Below, piece by piece: positions 19,278-27,107 of a stretch of DNA of 53,665 nt (positions are counted from its first letter, which is position 1; each line of letters begins with the position of its first letter). The stretch is from positions 1 to 53,665 of the IMG/VR virus record IMGVR_UViG_3300043434_000453; one strand, given 5' to 3'. Position numbers and translations under genes: made by a program. This DNA comes from a virus. Its lineage: Duplodnaviria; Caudoviricetes. The notes under the pieces are model-generated. The model had not been told where the DNA came from. It saw nothing but the letters and a program-made list of their open reading frames with translations, and did no database searches.

Positions 19278-19736
19278 TCAACCCTCCCGGCAGATGAACG
19301 GGGCCACGTCCGGGCCGCGCCAGCCATCTGGTTTGATCACCTTGCCGTTGGCATCCTTCACGGCAACGCCACCGGGGAACTTGTCCAGGTTCGCCCGGGC
19401 GACCTCCTTCATGGCGCTCAGCACGTCCGCGCCCTGAGACAGCGCGCAGCCGGTGGCAACCCATGCGATGTCAACGCAGGCGTCCAGCATCTCGACCCGC
19501 TGGACATCGCTGGCTGCCTCGATGCTCGGCGCGAAGTCGCCACGCTTAAATGCGCGCCCGATCGATTCAAGCAGTTCGGCCGTCATGACGGCACCGATCG
19601 ATTCAAGCAGTTCGGCCACTTCCTCCAGAATCAGGCCGACGTACAGGCCGGTCTGCTGCGGGTTGTAGCGGTCTGTCGTGCATCCGGCCAACTCGGTGAA
19701 GCGCCGCACGTCGGCGACGAAGGTTTCATTGCTCAC
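19278..19736 (-). CDS. MazG / PRA-PH-like nucleotide pyrophosphohydrolase
   Basis: GTG 19736; LILEEVAEL...DACVD..WV...EV..ANLDK...GKVIKP.GW. Confidence 0.85.
   Translation of the reverse strand: MSNETFVADVRRFTELAGCTTDRYNPQQTGLYVGLILEEVAELLESIGAVMTAELLESIGRAFKRGDFAPSIEAASDVQRVEMLDACVDIAWVATGCALSQGADVLSAMKEVARANLDKFPGGVAVKDANGKVIKPDGWRGPDVAPFICREG
19558..19617. repeat. Perfect 24-bp direct repeat inside the MazG-like gene
   Basis: CCGATCGATTCAAGCAGTTCGGCC at 19558-19581 and 19594-19617. Confidence 0.95.
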
Positions 19737-19846
19737 TTCTCTTGCCTTTCTGCCGCCTCTGCGGCTTCTTCGTGAATCGCCCTCCACCATGCGCCGGCTA
19801 CGAACGCGGCCGCGCCGACAGCCCAGCAGAGAAGTAGGGTAATCAT
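19733..19846 (-). CDS. 37-aa single-pass membrane peptide (not in the ORF track)
   Basis: MITLLLCWAVGAAAFVAGAWWRAIHEEAAEAAERQEK; 4-bp overlaps with both neighbours. Confidence 0.6.
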   Translation of the reverse strand: MITLLLCWAVGAAAFVAGAWWRAIHEEAAEAAERQEK

Positions 19847-20256
19847 GCGTCTTCGTCCGGGCTGTTCTCGTGGTCAACCGCATAGACCAAGTGCTCATCG
19901 GGTCCGAGCGCCTGAATCAAGTGTTGGTGACACCGGTGGATCATTGCCTTGTGGCGACGGGCCACAACGAGGCCATCAAGCATCGCCAGCGCGTCCGCGA
20001 GATCATCGATCTGCTCGACGGTAAGCTGGTACGTTTTCTCCGGCTCGTGGATATCTCCGCCACCGAGATTGCCGGCGTCGAATACGCCTGGTTTTACGGT
20101 TTCGATGGGCGAGTCATCGGCCAGTCTCGCCAGCATCATCGGAGACAGAGCAGATTGCGCGCGCCGCTCATGCTTGATGCAGTCGCCACGTTCGGCGCAC
20201 TCGACGCATTGGCCGTCCTGGCTGATGACCTCGTAGGTGCCGAAGCAGGGCATCAT
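19843..20256 (-). CDS. Hypothetical protein with N-terminal Cys cluster
   Basis: CFG...CVEC....C; coupled overlaps. Confidence 0.6.
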   Translation of the reverse strand: MMPCFGTYEVISQDGQCVECAERGDCIKHERRAQSALSPMMLARLADDSPIETVKPGVFDAGNLGGGDIHEPEKTYQLTVEQIDDLADALAMLDGLVVARRHKAMIHRCHQHLIQALGPDEHLVYAVDHENSPDEDA

Positions 20257-21299
20257 GACGTTGCCTCCATCTTCTCGCGCAGGTCGTGATAGATGGTGTT
20301 CAGTTCGGTGCGTTGGCCCTCGTCTGCGACCATGCGGATCATGTCGGCTCGCGCGTCCAGGGTGTCCACGTCGCCGGCCACTCGCATGGCCTCGGCCACC
20401 TTCGCGTAGGTCACGGCCTTGTCGGGTTGCTCCTGGGCGGGCTCTGGCTTCGGTGCACGCCCCTTGATCTTGTCCTTCACCGATTGCGTGCGACTGGCGG
20501 CTGGATCAGCCTGCTCGGCGGCCTGGTTGGCTTCGACTTCGAACCAATCCGCCGGCGCGCTCATGCCATCGCGCAGGGACTGATAGACCTTCTTCATCTG
20601 CACCATCAGCGCGGGTGTGATGCTCTCCAGTCTCCGCTGGATGCGCTTCTCGATCTGCTCCCTGGTTACACCGAATCCCGCGAAGGCATCCACCATCTTC
20701 TTGATGGCTTCCGGGCTGGTGTCGGCGGTGGTGGTGAGCGTGACTTCGGCCTGGCGCGTGGCGGCCTCGATCACATCGCCTGGGATCACTCCCAGGATGC
20801 AGGCACGCAGACGGCGCGCGCCCTGGTTTGCGACCATCTCGTAGATGTCGCGCGGATCCTCAAGCCGGTAGCTGCCCTTCTTCGTGTGGCGCATGTGCGG
20901 CACCTGGAACACCTTGACCTGCCGGGTGTTCGATTCCAGATCCCATGCAAACGCCTCGACAGTGGATTCGCCGTTGCGCTGGTCGAGCTCGCGGATGCCG
21001 AATGAGAGGTTGCCCCACATCTGAGCGATCGCCTCGGCGCAACGGATGCTCGGGCCGGTGACATCGGAGCCGCCACGGTTGTAGGAATACAGGGCGCCCT
21101 CGGCCAGAGTGGGGCGGGTGAAGGCCTGGAGGATGCTGTCCATAGCCTTGACCTGATCGCGCGGGAACTTCTTGGCGATGACCATCATGGCCTGAACTTC
21201 CTGGGCCTCGCGCTGGATCGCGGCATCGGCGACGGCGCCGCCGGTCTGCTGCTTCGCCGGAGCGGCGAACGGGTTCATGGTTGCGACTTCGTTGCTCAT
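20253..21299 (-). CDS. Putative recombination / single-strand annealing protein
   Basis: 348 aa directly downstream of the YqaJ exonuclease; GPSIR.AE motif; charged tail. Function inferred from context. Confidence 0.6.
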   Translation of the reverse strand: MSNEVATMNPFAAPAKQQTGGAVADAAIQREAQEVQAMMVIAKKFPRDQVKAMDSILQAFTRPTLAEGALYSYNRGGSDVTGPSIRCAEAIAQMWGNLSFGIRELDQRNGESTVEAFAWDLESNTRQVKVFQVPHMRHTKKGSYRLEDPRDIYEMVANQGARRLRACILGVIPGDVIEAATRQAEVTLTTTADTSPEAIKKMVDAFAGFGVTREQIEKRIQRRLESITPALMVQMKKVYQSLRDGMSAPADWFEVEANQAAEQADPAASRTQSVKDKIKGRAPKPEPAQEQPDKAVTYAKVAEAMRVAGDVDTLDARADMIRMVADEGQRTELNTIYHDLREKMEATS

Positions 21300-21311
21300 G
21301 GTGTGCTCCTA

Positions 21312-22289
21312 TTACTTGGCGAGGCGAAGAACGCGCGCGCCGGGTGTCATGGCGGTGAAATGCTCGACGAGTTCCGCAGGCGGGATGGGCCAGTGGTGGT
21401 GCACGAGGGCCTTCCAGTCGGTGCGCATACTCGGCTTATTGGCTTTCCATGTGGCGATCTTCTGGCCGTTGCAGATGGCCTCCTCGGCATCGCCGAAGGC
21501 CGTCAAGATGACCGCCTCGTACTCGCTGGCCAGCGATTCCATCGCCTTCATGTCAGCCTTGACCTGGGCCAGTTTCGCAACCGCATCGGCCACTTCGACG
21601 CCGACGATCACCTGCTTGCTGGCCACGTGCTGCGGCCACAACGCCCGGGCCTCGGCGGCGGTGCGCGGGTCAGGGGCGATGCCGTTTACCACGTGCTTCG
21701 TCCACCATTCGGAGGCCTGCTCGATCATGTCGGCGAACAACTCAGCGTCAAACGCGATCGTGTAGGTGACGTGCTGCTGTCCGCCGAACAGCACCGCCAG
21801 ATCGGCCACGGTGGCGCCAGTGATGCCCATGTACCACTGCACCTGGGTCAGGTAGTAGTCGGGCACCTTGTCGGTCCCGGGCTCGCCCCAGGCATCGTCG
21901 CGCCGTGCGAATGCGTTGGCCGTCTTGCACTCCAGGATGCGGTCGGTGGTGAGCCGACCGTCCTTCACCATCACGCGGCCGGCGATGTCCGGATTGATGA
22001 CGGCGCGGTCGATGTTGGCGATGGCGATCGGGTACTGCTGGTGGCGCAGCATCGAGTTGATGCGCTGGACCTTGCGGTCTGTGAGCTCGGAGTAGCGGCG
22101 GGCCACCACGTCTTCCAGCACCGATCCCCAGTAGACCGCCTCCTCGTTCTGCACCGTATCGGCGGCCTGGCCGGTTTTCGACAGCCAGATGTCCAGCGGG
22201 GTCTTGAAGGGCGACAAGCCCAGCAACGCGCCGATGTCAGATCCGCCAATACCGGAGCGGCGGGCTTCGAGTTGTTCTTGTGTAAGCAT
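21312..22289 (-). CDS. YqaJ-like viral recombinase exonuclease
   Basis: RRSGIGGSD, ANID, LECKT, VP.YY..Q.QWYM motifs. Confidence 0.93.
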   Translation of the reverse strand: MLTQEQLEARRSGIGGSDIGALLGLSPFKTPLDIWLSKTGQAADTVQNEEAVYWGSVLEDVVARRYSELTDRKVQRINSMLRHQQYPIAIANIDRAVINPDIAGRVMVKDGRLTTDRILECKTANAFARRDDAWGEPGTDKVPDYYLTQVQWYMGITGATVADLAVLFGGQQHVTYTIAFDAELFADMIEQASEWWTKHVVNGIAPDPRTAAEARALWPQHVASKQVIVGVEVADAVAKLAQVKADMKAMESLASEYEAVILTAFGDAEEAICNGQKIATWKANKPSMRTDWKALVHHHWPIPPAELVEHFTAMTPGARVLRLAK

Positions 22290-22329
22290 GCTTCTTTCTC
22301 CTATCAGGCCCGGTCCCGTCGTTAGAACC

Positions 22330-22410
22330 GTAGGTAGATAGTAGCAGTAGAAGTAGGAAAAAAAAGCAGTGAAAGGTAGAATTTAGGTTAAAATTTTTTT
22401 ATAGCGGTAG
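22330..22410 (-). promoter_or_regulatory. Leftward early promoter (pL-like) with repeated CTAC motifs
   Basis: AT-rich; extended -10 TGc-TACTAT on the minus strand (22346-22338); seven GTAG tetramers on the plus strand. Confidence 0.55.
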
Positions 22411-22419
22411 AGCCACGGC

Positions 22420-22536
22420 TTATAGCAACCCCAGCAGGCCGCAGACCGCTATGGTCAGAAGCGCGCCGCCGAGGATCCCGCCGGCCATCGTGAGCAATCG
22501 ATCGCGCTGGATATGGCGACCGTTGATGAGTTGCAT
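22420..22536 (-). CDS. Small membrane peptide downstream of the repressor
   Basis: MQLINGRHIQRDRLLTMAGGILGGALLTIAVCGLLGLL; start uncertain. Confidence 0.35.
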   Translation of the reverse strand: MQLINGRHIQRDRLLTMAGGILGGALLTIAVCGLLGLL

Positions 22537-22565
22537 AGCCTGGGCGGCGATAATCTCGTCCCGGT

Positions 22566-23051
22566 CTAGAGCAGGTGCATGAGACGCCGGATCAACCCTT
22601 CCCCGACCTCGCGCCCATCCACCGCTTCTTCGTAGAGTAGGGCGACCAGCTTTGCCATTTGCTCCGGATTGAGAGCCCTTCCGCTGAGTTGTTCCGCTTG
22701 CTTTGCCGCTGCCAGGCATGACTGCAACACCTCCGTGTGGATTAGCCTTCGTAGTTGTCCTTGCTCTGCTTGTCCATACAGCAGTTCCTCCTTGCTCACA
22801 TTGAGCCAGCGCGCGATCCGCTCGACCTTCTCGGCGCGTGGCATTGCCATTCCTTCCACATATCGGCGTGCCATCTCGTAGGTTGAACCCGCGATAGTCG
22901 CGAGGGCATTGACGTCCACACCGGACTTGTTGCCGGTAGATATGTGGCCACTGGCCCGCATGAGCTCCCGCAGCCGCGACGCGAATCCCTGGTCAATCGG
23001 TTCTTTTCTTGGAGGCATATAAATAAATTCTATCGGCTTCCCGCTAGACAT
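22566..23051 (-). CDS. cI-like XRE HTH repressor
   Basis: FASRLRELM..LATIAG.TYEMARRYVEG.AMPR...IARWL.V..EELLYG; divergent from a cro-like gene; no S24 peptidase domain evident. Confidence 0.85.
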   Translation of the reverse strand: MSSGKPIEFIYMPPRKEPIDQGFASRLRELMRASGHISTGNKSGVDVNALATIAGSTYEMARRYVEGMAMPRAEKVERIARWLNVSKEELLYGQAEQGQLRRLIHTEVLQSCLAAAKQAEQLSGRALNPEQMAKLVALLYEEAVDGREVGEGLIRRLMHLL

Positions 23052-23098
23052 TGCAAGAAGTTGCTATTACATTCTACTTGTCAACCACGAAAGTAGAA
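23045..23098 (+). promoter_or_regulatory. pR-like promoter and operator palindrome
   Basis: TAGACA (23045-50), 17 bp, TACATT (23068-73); inverted repeat TTCTACTT-N11-AAGTAGAA (23072-23098). Confidence 0.65.
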
Positions 23099-23109
23099 AG
23101 GCGGGTAGC

Positions 23110-23361
23110 ATGACCGAAGAGGAACTGAAAAGGCGTGGCTGGAGCGTCCCGATTTACCGTGCGGTGCAGGCGGCCGGCGGTGCCGTTTCCGTGGCGCACA
23201 ACATGGGTTTGGCGGCGATGACTACGCCGATGGCCTGGTACAAGAAGCGGTCCATGCCAGCGAAGTACATCACCAGTCTGTGCGCGCTGGGCGGCTACTC
23301 AGTGAAGCCACAGGCGATCCTCGATGACCTGGCCGTCCTTCCGTCGAAGGAGGCCGCATGA
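23110..23361 (+). CDS. Cro-like regulator
   Basis: 83 aa; AV.AAGG...VA..MG......W.....P motif; position. Confidence 0.75.
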   Translation: MTEEELKRRGWSVPIYRAVQAAGGAVSVAHNMGLAAMTTPMAWYKKRSMPAKYITSLCALGGYSVKPQAILDDLAVLPSKEAA

Positions 23362-25016
23362 ACTTGACCGACATTCCCCAGGGCGCCATCACCGGCGAGT
23401 TCATGGATCCGGACGCGCCGGAGTTCTTCGCGCCGGCGGCCTCGGACATGATCGACGGGCTCATGGGCCAGTACAAGGCCATGCGCGGCCGCATTGAGCG
23501 CATTGCCAACAGCATCACGGGCGATGATGCCGTGGCCGTTGGCTACTTCCTGGCCGGCAACGGTGGCGACAACAACCGCTATGGCCTGCCCACCGTGGAT
23601 AGGCTGTTCCAGCGTGACGGCGCGATCGCAGCTCTGAACGCCACCTTCTGGAGCAAGACACTCGCCCTTACCGATGTGCTCGACGCTATGCCCCAGGCCC
23701 GGCGGGACGAGTGGAACAAGACCATTACCGAGCGCACTTGCCCTGAGTACACCGAGGAAACGGTACGCGCCACCCTGGAAAGCCTGCTGGCCGCCCGATC
23801 GAAGTTCTTCGCGGAGCGCGTGGACGGGATCTTCCGTGGTCTATCCGGTGAGCACATCACCAACAGCCCGGCTGGGTTCGGCAAGCGAATGATCCTGAAC
23901 TACGTCCTGAACGATTACTGGAGCGTGCAGCACGGCAAGGCAGGCCTGATCAACGACCTGCGCTGCATCATCGCCAAGTTCATGGGGCGCGACGAGCCGA
24001 AATACTGGGCCAGCGCCAGCTTGATCGAAACGCTTAAAGGTAACTGGGGCGAGTGGATCAACGTGGACGGCGGAGCCCTGCGCATCCGGCTCTACAAGAA
24101 AGGCACAGCGCACCTGGAGGTTCACCCGGACATGGCATGGCGCCTGAATAGCGTTCTGTCCAGCATCTACCCGGCTGCCATCCCCGAGGAATTCCGCCGG
24201 AAGCCGAAGCGCGAGAAGCGGGCGAAGGAGTACCAGATGATCCAGCGCCCGCTGCCGTTCGCGGTGCTAGAGATCCTGGCCGGCATGAAGAAGGCATATC
24301 GCATGGAGGCCCAGGAAAACAACTGGCGGCAGCCGTACCGCAAGGTGGATATCCGCAACGCCATGCAGTTCGATTACGTCTCCGGCGCCAGCAAGATCGC
24401 CCAGCAGGAAGCCGAGAAGGTGCTGGAAGCCATCGGCGGAACGAAGACGGCAGACGGTCACTTCCAGTTCGACTACTCCCCCTTCGACATCATCCGCGAG
24501 ATCGTGGCCTCCGGCTGCATCCCTGACCAGAAGGCCCACCAGTTCTACCCGACCCCGGAGCGTCTGGCGCGCATGGCCGTTGACATGGCGGAGATCGGCC
24601 CGGATGACATGTGCCTTGAGCCGAGCGCAGGACTTGGCGGGCTGGCTGATCTGATGCCGGCTGAGCGCACGACGTGTGTTGAAATCTCCGAGCTCCACGC
24701 GAAGGTTCTGGAGGCGAAGGGGTACAACGTCATCCATAGCGATTTCATCACCTGGGCTGCTCCGTCAATTGGCTGGCAGGCATACGACCGCATCGTCATG
24801 AACCCTCCGTTTTCGGAAGGCCGCGCCCAGGCCCACGTCGAAGCATCCGCCAAACTGCTCAAGCGCGGCGGCTGCATGGTGGCGATCCTGCCGGCCGGCC
24901 AGAAAAACCGACTCACGCTGCCCGGCTTCGATATCACATGGAGTGCGCAGTACGACAACGAGTTCGCCGGGGCGAGCGTGTCCGTGGTCATCATGGTTGC
25001 GCGGAGGGGTCAATGA
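23358..25016 (+). CDS. DUF4942-like domain fused to an amino-methyltransferase
   Basis: QFYPTP, LEPSAGLG, VMNPPF; N-terminal YKKGTAHL motif. Confidence 0.88.
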   Translation: MNLTDIPQGAITGEFMDPDAPEFFAPAASDMIDGLMGQYKAMRGRIERIANSITGDDAVAVGYFLAGNGGDNNRYGLPTVDRLFQRDGAIAALNATFWSKTLALTDVLDAMPQARRDEWNKTITERTCPEYTEETVRATLESLLAARSKFFAERVDGIFRGLSGEHITNSPAGFGKRMILNYVLNDYWSVQHGKAGLINDLRCIIAKFMGRDEPKYWASASLIETLKGNWGEWINVDGGALRIRLYKKGTAHLEVHPDMAWRLNSVLSSIYPAAIPEEFRRKPKREKRAKEYQMIQRPLPFAVLEILAGMKKAYRMEAQENNWRQPYRKVDIRNAMQFDYVSGASKIAQQEAEKVLEAIGGTKTADGHFQFDYSPFDIIREIVASGCIPDQKAHQFYPTPERLARMAVDMAEIGPDDMCLEPSAGLGGLADLMPAERTTCVEISELHAKVLEAKGYNVIHSDFITWAAPSIGWQAYDRIVMNPPFSEGRAQAHVEASAKLLKRGGCMVAILPAGQKNRLTLPGFDITWSAQYDNEFAGASVSVVIMVARRGQ

Positions 25017-25050
25017 CATGACCTGAATTGGATCACACCAAAGCGCCCGC

Positions 25051-25518
25051 ATGCTCAATGACGAATGGTTGACGCCACCTCAAGTCATCCACGCCCTGGG
25101 CGAGTTCGACCTTGACCCATGCGCCCCGATCAAGCGCCCGTGGGACATGGCGCGAGAGCATTACACGATCATGGACAACGGACTGGCCAAACCCTGGAAT
25201 GGCCGCGTCTGGCTGAATCCACCATACGGTCAGGAAACTGGAAAGTGGCTGGCCCGTCTCGCTGACCACGGCAACGGCATCGCGCTGGTATTCGCCAGAA
25301 CAGAGACGCGGATGTTCTTCGAACACGTTTGGCCGAAGGCTGACGCCGTTCTGTTTATCGATGGCCGGCTCCACTTTCACCACGCGGACGGAACAAGGGC
25401 TGCTGCGAATTCAGGCGGTCCATCGGTGCTGATCGCCTACGGATTGGCCAATGTCATCGCTCTTGAGCATTCTCGCCTCGGTGTGATGTTGCCTGTAATT
25501 GGAAGGCATGTGCCATGA
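25051..25518 (+). CDS. Phage N6-adenine DNA methyltransferase (T1/HP1 Dam type); true start may be 25018
   Basis: DEWLTP, FDLDPCA, VWLNPPYG, ARTET. Confidence 0.88.
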   Translation: MLNDEWLTPPQVIHALGEFDLDPCAPIKRPWDMAREHYTIMDNGLAKPWNGRVWLNPPYGQETGKWLARLADHGNGIALVFARTETRMFFEHVWPKADAVLFIDGRLHFHHADGTRAAANSGGPSVLIAYGLANVIALEHSRLGVMLPVIGRHVP

Positions 25519-26453
25519 AACTAGACACATGCTACTTGGGCGATTGCCGAGAAGTAATGCGTAAGTTGCCTGAAAAGATCGTGCAGACATGCGTGACAAG
25601 CCCGCCGTACTTCGGCCTGCGCGATTACGGCCATGAAGGCCAGATAGGGCTGCAGCAGACGCCAGATGAATACATCGCCGCGATGGTCGAAGTGTTCCGC
25701 GAGGTTTGGCGCGTGCTTACCGATGACGGCACCCTTTGGCTGAACATTGGCGACGGCTACACGAGCGGCAATCGTGGCTATCGTGCCCCGGACAAGAAGA
25801 ACCCGGCCCGGGCGATGGACGTTCGTCCGGGCACGCCCGAAGGCTTGAAGCCGAAGGACTTGATCGGCATCCCATGGATGCTGGCCTTCGCCCTGCGCGC
25901 AGACGGCTGGTATCTGCGTCAAGACATCATTTGGCACAAGCCGAACCCCGTGCCCGAGTCGGTGCGCGACCGCTGCACGAAGGCGCATGAGTACGTGTTC
26001 CTGTTGAGCAAGAGCGAGCGGTACTTCTTCGACAGCGAGGCGATAAAGGAGCCGGCCGCGCAATCAAGCATCGAGAGGGCAAAGTACGGTTACAAGCACG
26101 CATTCAAAAATCAGTTTGCTGCCAGCCCGAATGATGAGAGGCACCAAGATGGTAAGCAGTACGATGCTGGCGCATTTTCCGCAGAAACCCGCAACCGCCG
26201 CAGCGTGTGGACGGTGCCGACGCAACCCTATGACGGGGCGCATTTTGCGACATTCCCTCCAGCGCTGATCGAACCGTGCATTCTTGCAGGAACAAGGCCT
26301 GGTGATGTCGTGCTAGACCCGTTCATGGGCAGTGGCACAGTTGCTCAGGTAGCGCAAAGACTTGGGCGCCGGTGGATCGGCAGCGAACTGAACCCGGATT
26401 ACATCGCGTTGCAGCGTGAGCGCACTCAACAGACGGGATTGGTGCTGGTATGA
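25515..26453 (+). CDS. N4-cytosine/N6-adenine DNA methyltransferase (beta class)
   Basis: TSPPY, HFATFP, VLDPFMGSGT. Confidence 0.93.
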   Translation: MKLDTCYLGDCREVMRKLPEKIVQTCVTSPPYFGLRDYGHEGQIGLQQTPDEYIAAMVEVFREVWRVLTDDGTLWLNIGDGYTSGNRGYRAPDKKNPARAMDVRPGTPEGLKPKDLIGIPWMLAFALRADGWYLRQDIIWHKPNPVPESVRDRCTKAHEYVFLLSKSERYFFDSEAIKEPAAQSSIERAKYGYKHAFKNQFAASPNDERHQDGKQYDAGAFSAETRNRRSVWTVPTQPYDGAHFATFPPALIEPCILAGTRPGDVVLDPFMGSGTVAQVAQRLGRRWIGSELNPDYIALQRERTQQTGLVLV

Positions 26454-26569
26454 AAATCTGCGCCATGATCCTTTCCCTGCTCATCAACGAACCGCAGAAG
26501 CCGTCGCCGCCTCATGGCTGGCTGAACTGCGGCTTCACCGCCGAAAACGTCTACAAGTGCAAGCCATGA
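26450..26569 (+). CDS. 39-aa hypothetical peptide (not in the ORF track)
   Basis: MKICAMILSLLINEPQKPSPPHGWLNCGFTAENVYKCKP; ATGA overlaps at both ends. Confidence 0.45.
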   Translation: MKICAMILSLLINEPQKPSPPHGWLNCGFTAENVYKCKP

Positions 26570-26724
26570 CCGAGAAGAAGAAGACCCTCAAGGAAATGAG
26601 CAAGTCCGAGCGATCCGCAATGGGCCGCAAGGGAGCGAAGGCCTCGCCGTGGGGCCGCTGGAACCCAGGCGCGTTTTCGTCCGACCCGAAGAAGCGTAAG
26701 TGGCGGCTCGGAGAGGATAAATGA
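26566..26724 (+). CDS. Small basic protein with a KGG-like motif
   Basis: MS.SERSAMGRKGAKAS; ATGA coupling. Confidence 0.5.
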   Translation: MTEKKKTLKEMSKSERSAMGRKGAKASPWGRWNPGAFSSDPKKRKWRLGEDK

Positions 26725-26726
26725 CA

Positions 26727-26894
26727 TGGACATTTTCGCAGTGCTGGCTAAAATGCCAGAAGCGCCGTGAAGGGCGCATAGCCGAGGGTAACAGTCAGTC
26801 CCTATCAGGTGGCCGCCTTGTTGCCCGTCTCAAGCAACCGCAATGGTTGGCCCTCTGCCGGAACCTTCACCAGCAGGGCGGCCACCGATAGGAG
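26727..26894 (+). ncRNA. Promoter plus C4-like structured RNA leader of the replication genes
   Basis: TGGACA-16-TAAAAT; hairpin 26762-26777; 22-bp stem 26801-26823/26871-26892 overlapping the RBS AGGAG. Confidence 0.55.
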
Positions 26895-26900
26895 ATTGAA

Positions 26901-27107
26901 TTGAAACTCAAGCCGCAATACGAAACCGAGGTATATGTCTCGGAAGTTGGATACATCTGCCTCAAGCAGCGAGGCTATGACTTTGATACTGATGAAGTCC
27001 TGATTGTTTTGTCGCCAGGTCAGGCCGAGCAGATCGCGGACCACATCATCAACTCCGGGATCATTCAGGATGCTTCCGAGGTGTTCCATGCGGAGGATAC
27101 GCCGTGA
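26901..27107 (+). CDS. Hypothetical protein
   Basis: TTG start after AGGAG; GTGA overlap with the initiator gene. Confidence 0.6.
   Translation: MKLKPQYETEVYVSEVGYICLKQRGYDFDTDEVLIVLSPGQAEQIADHIINSGIIQDASEVFHAEDTP

Noticed and set aside
25018..25026. Genome-wide stop-codon reassignment
   Set aside because: TGA, TAA and TAG all end coupled genes normally elsewhere, and no suppressor tRNA is seen.
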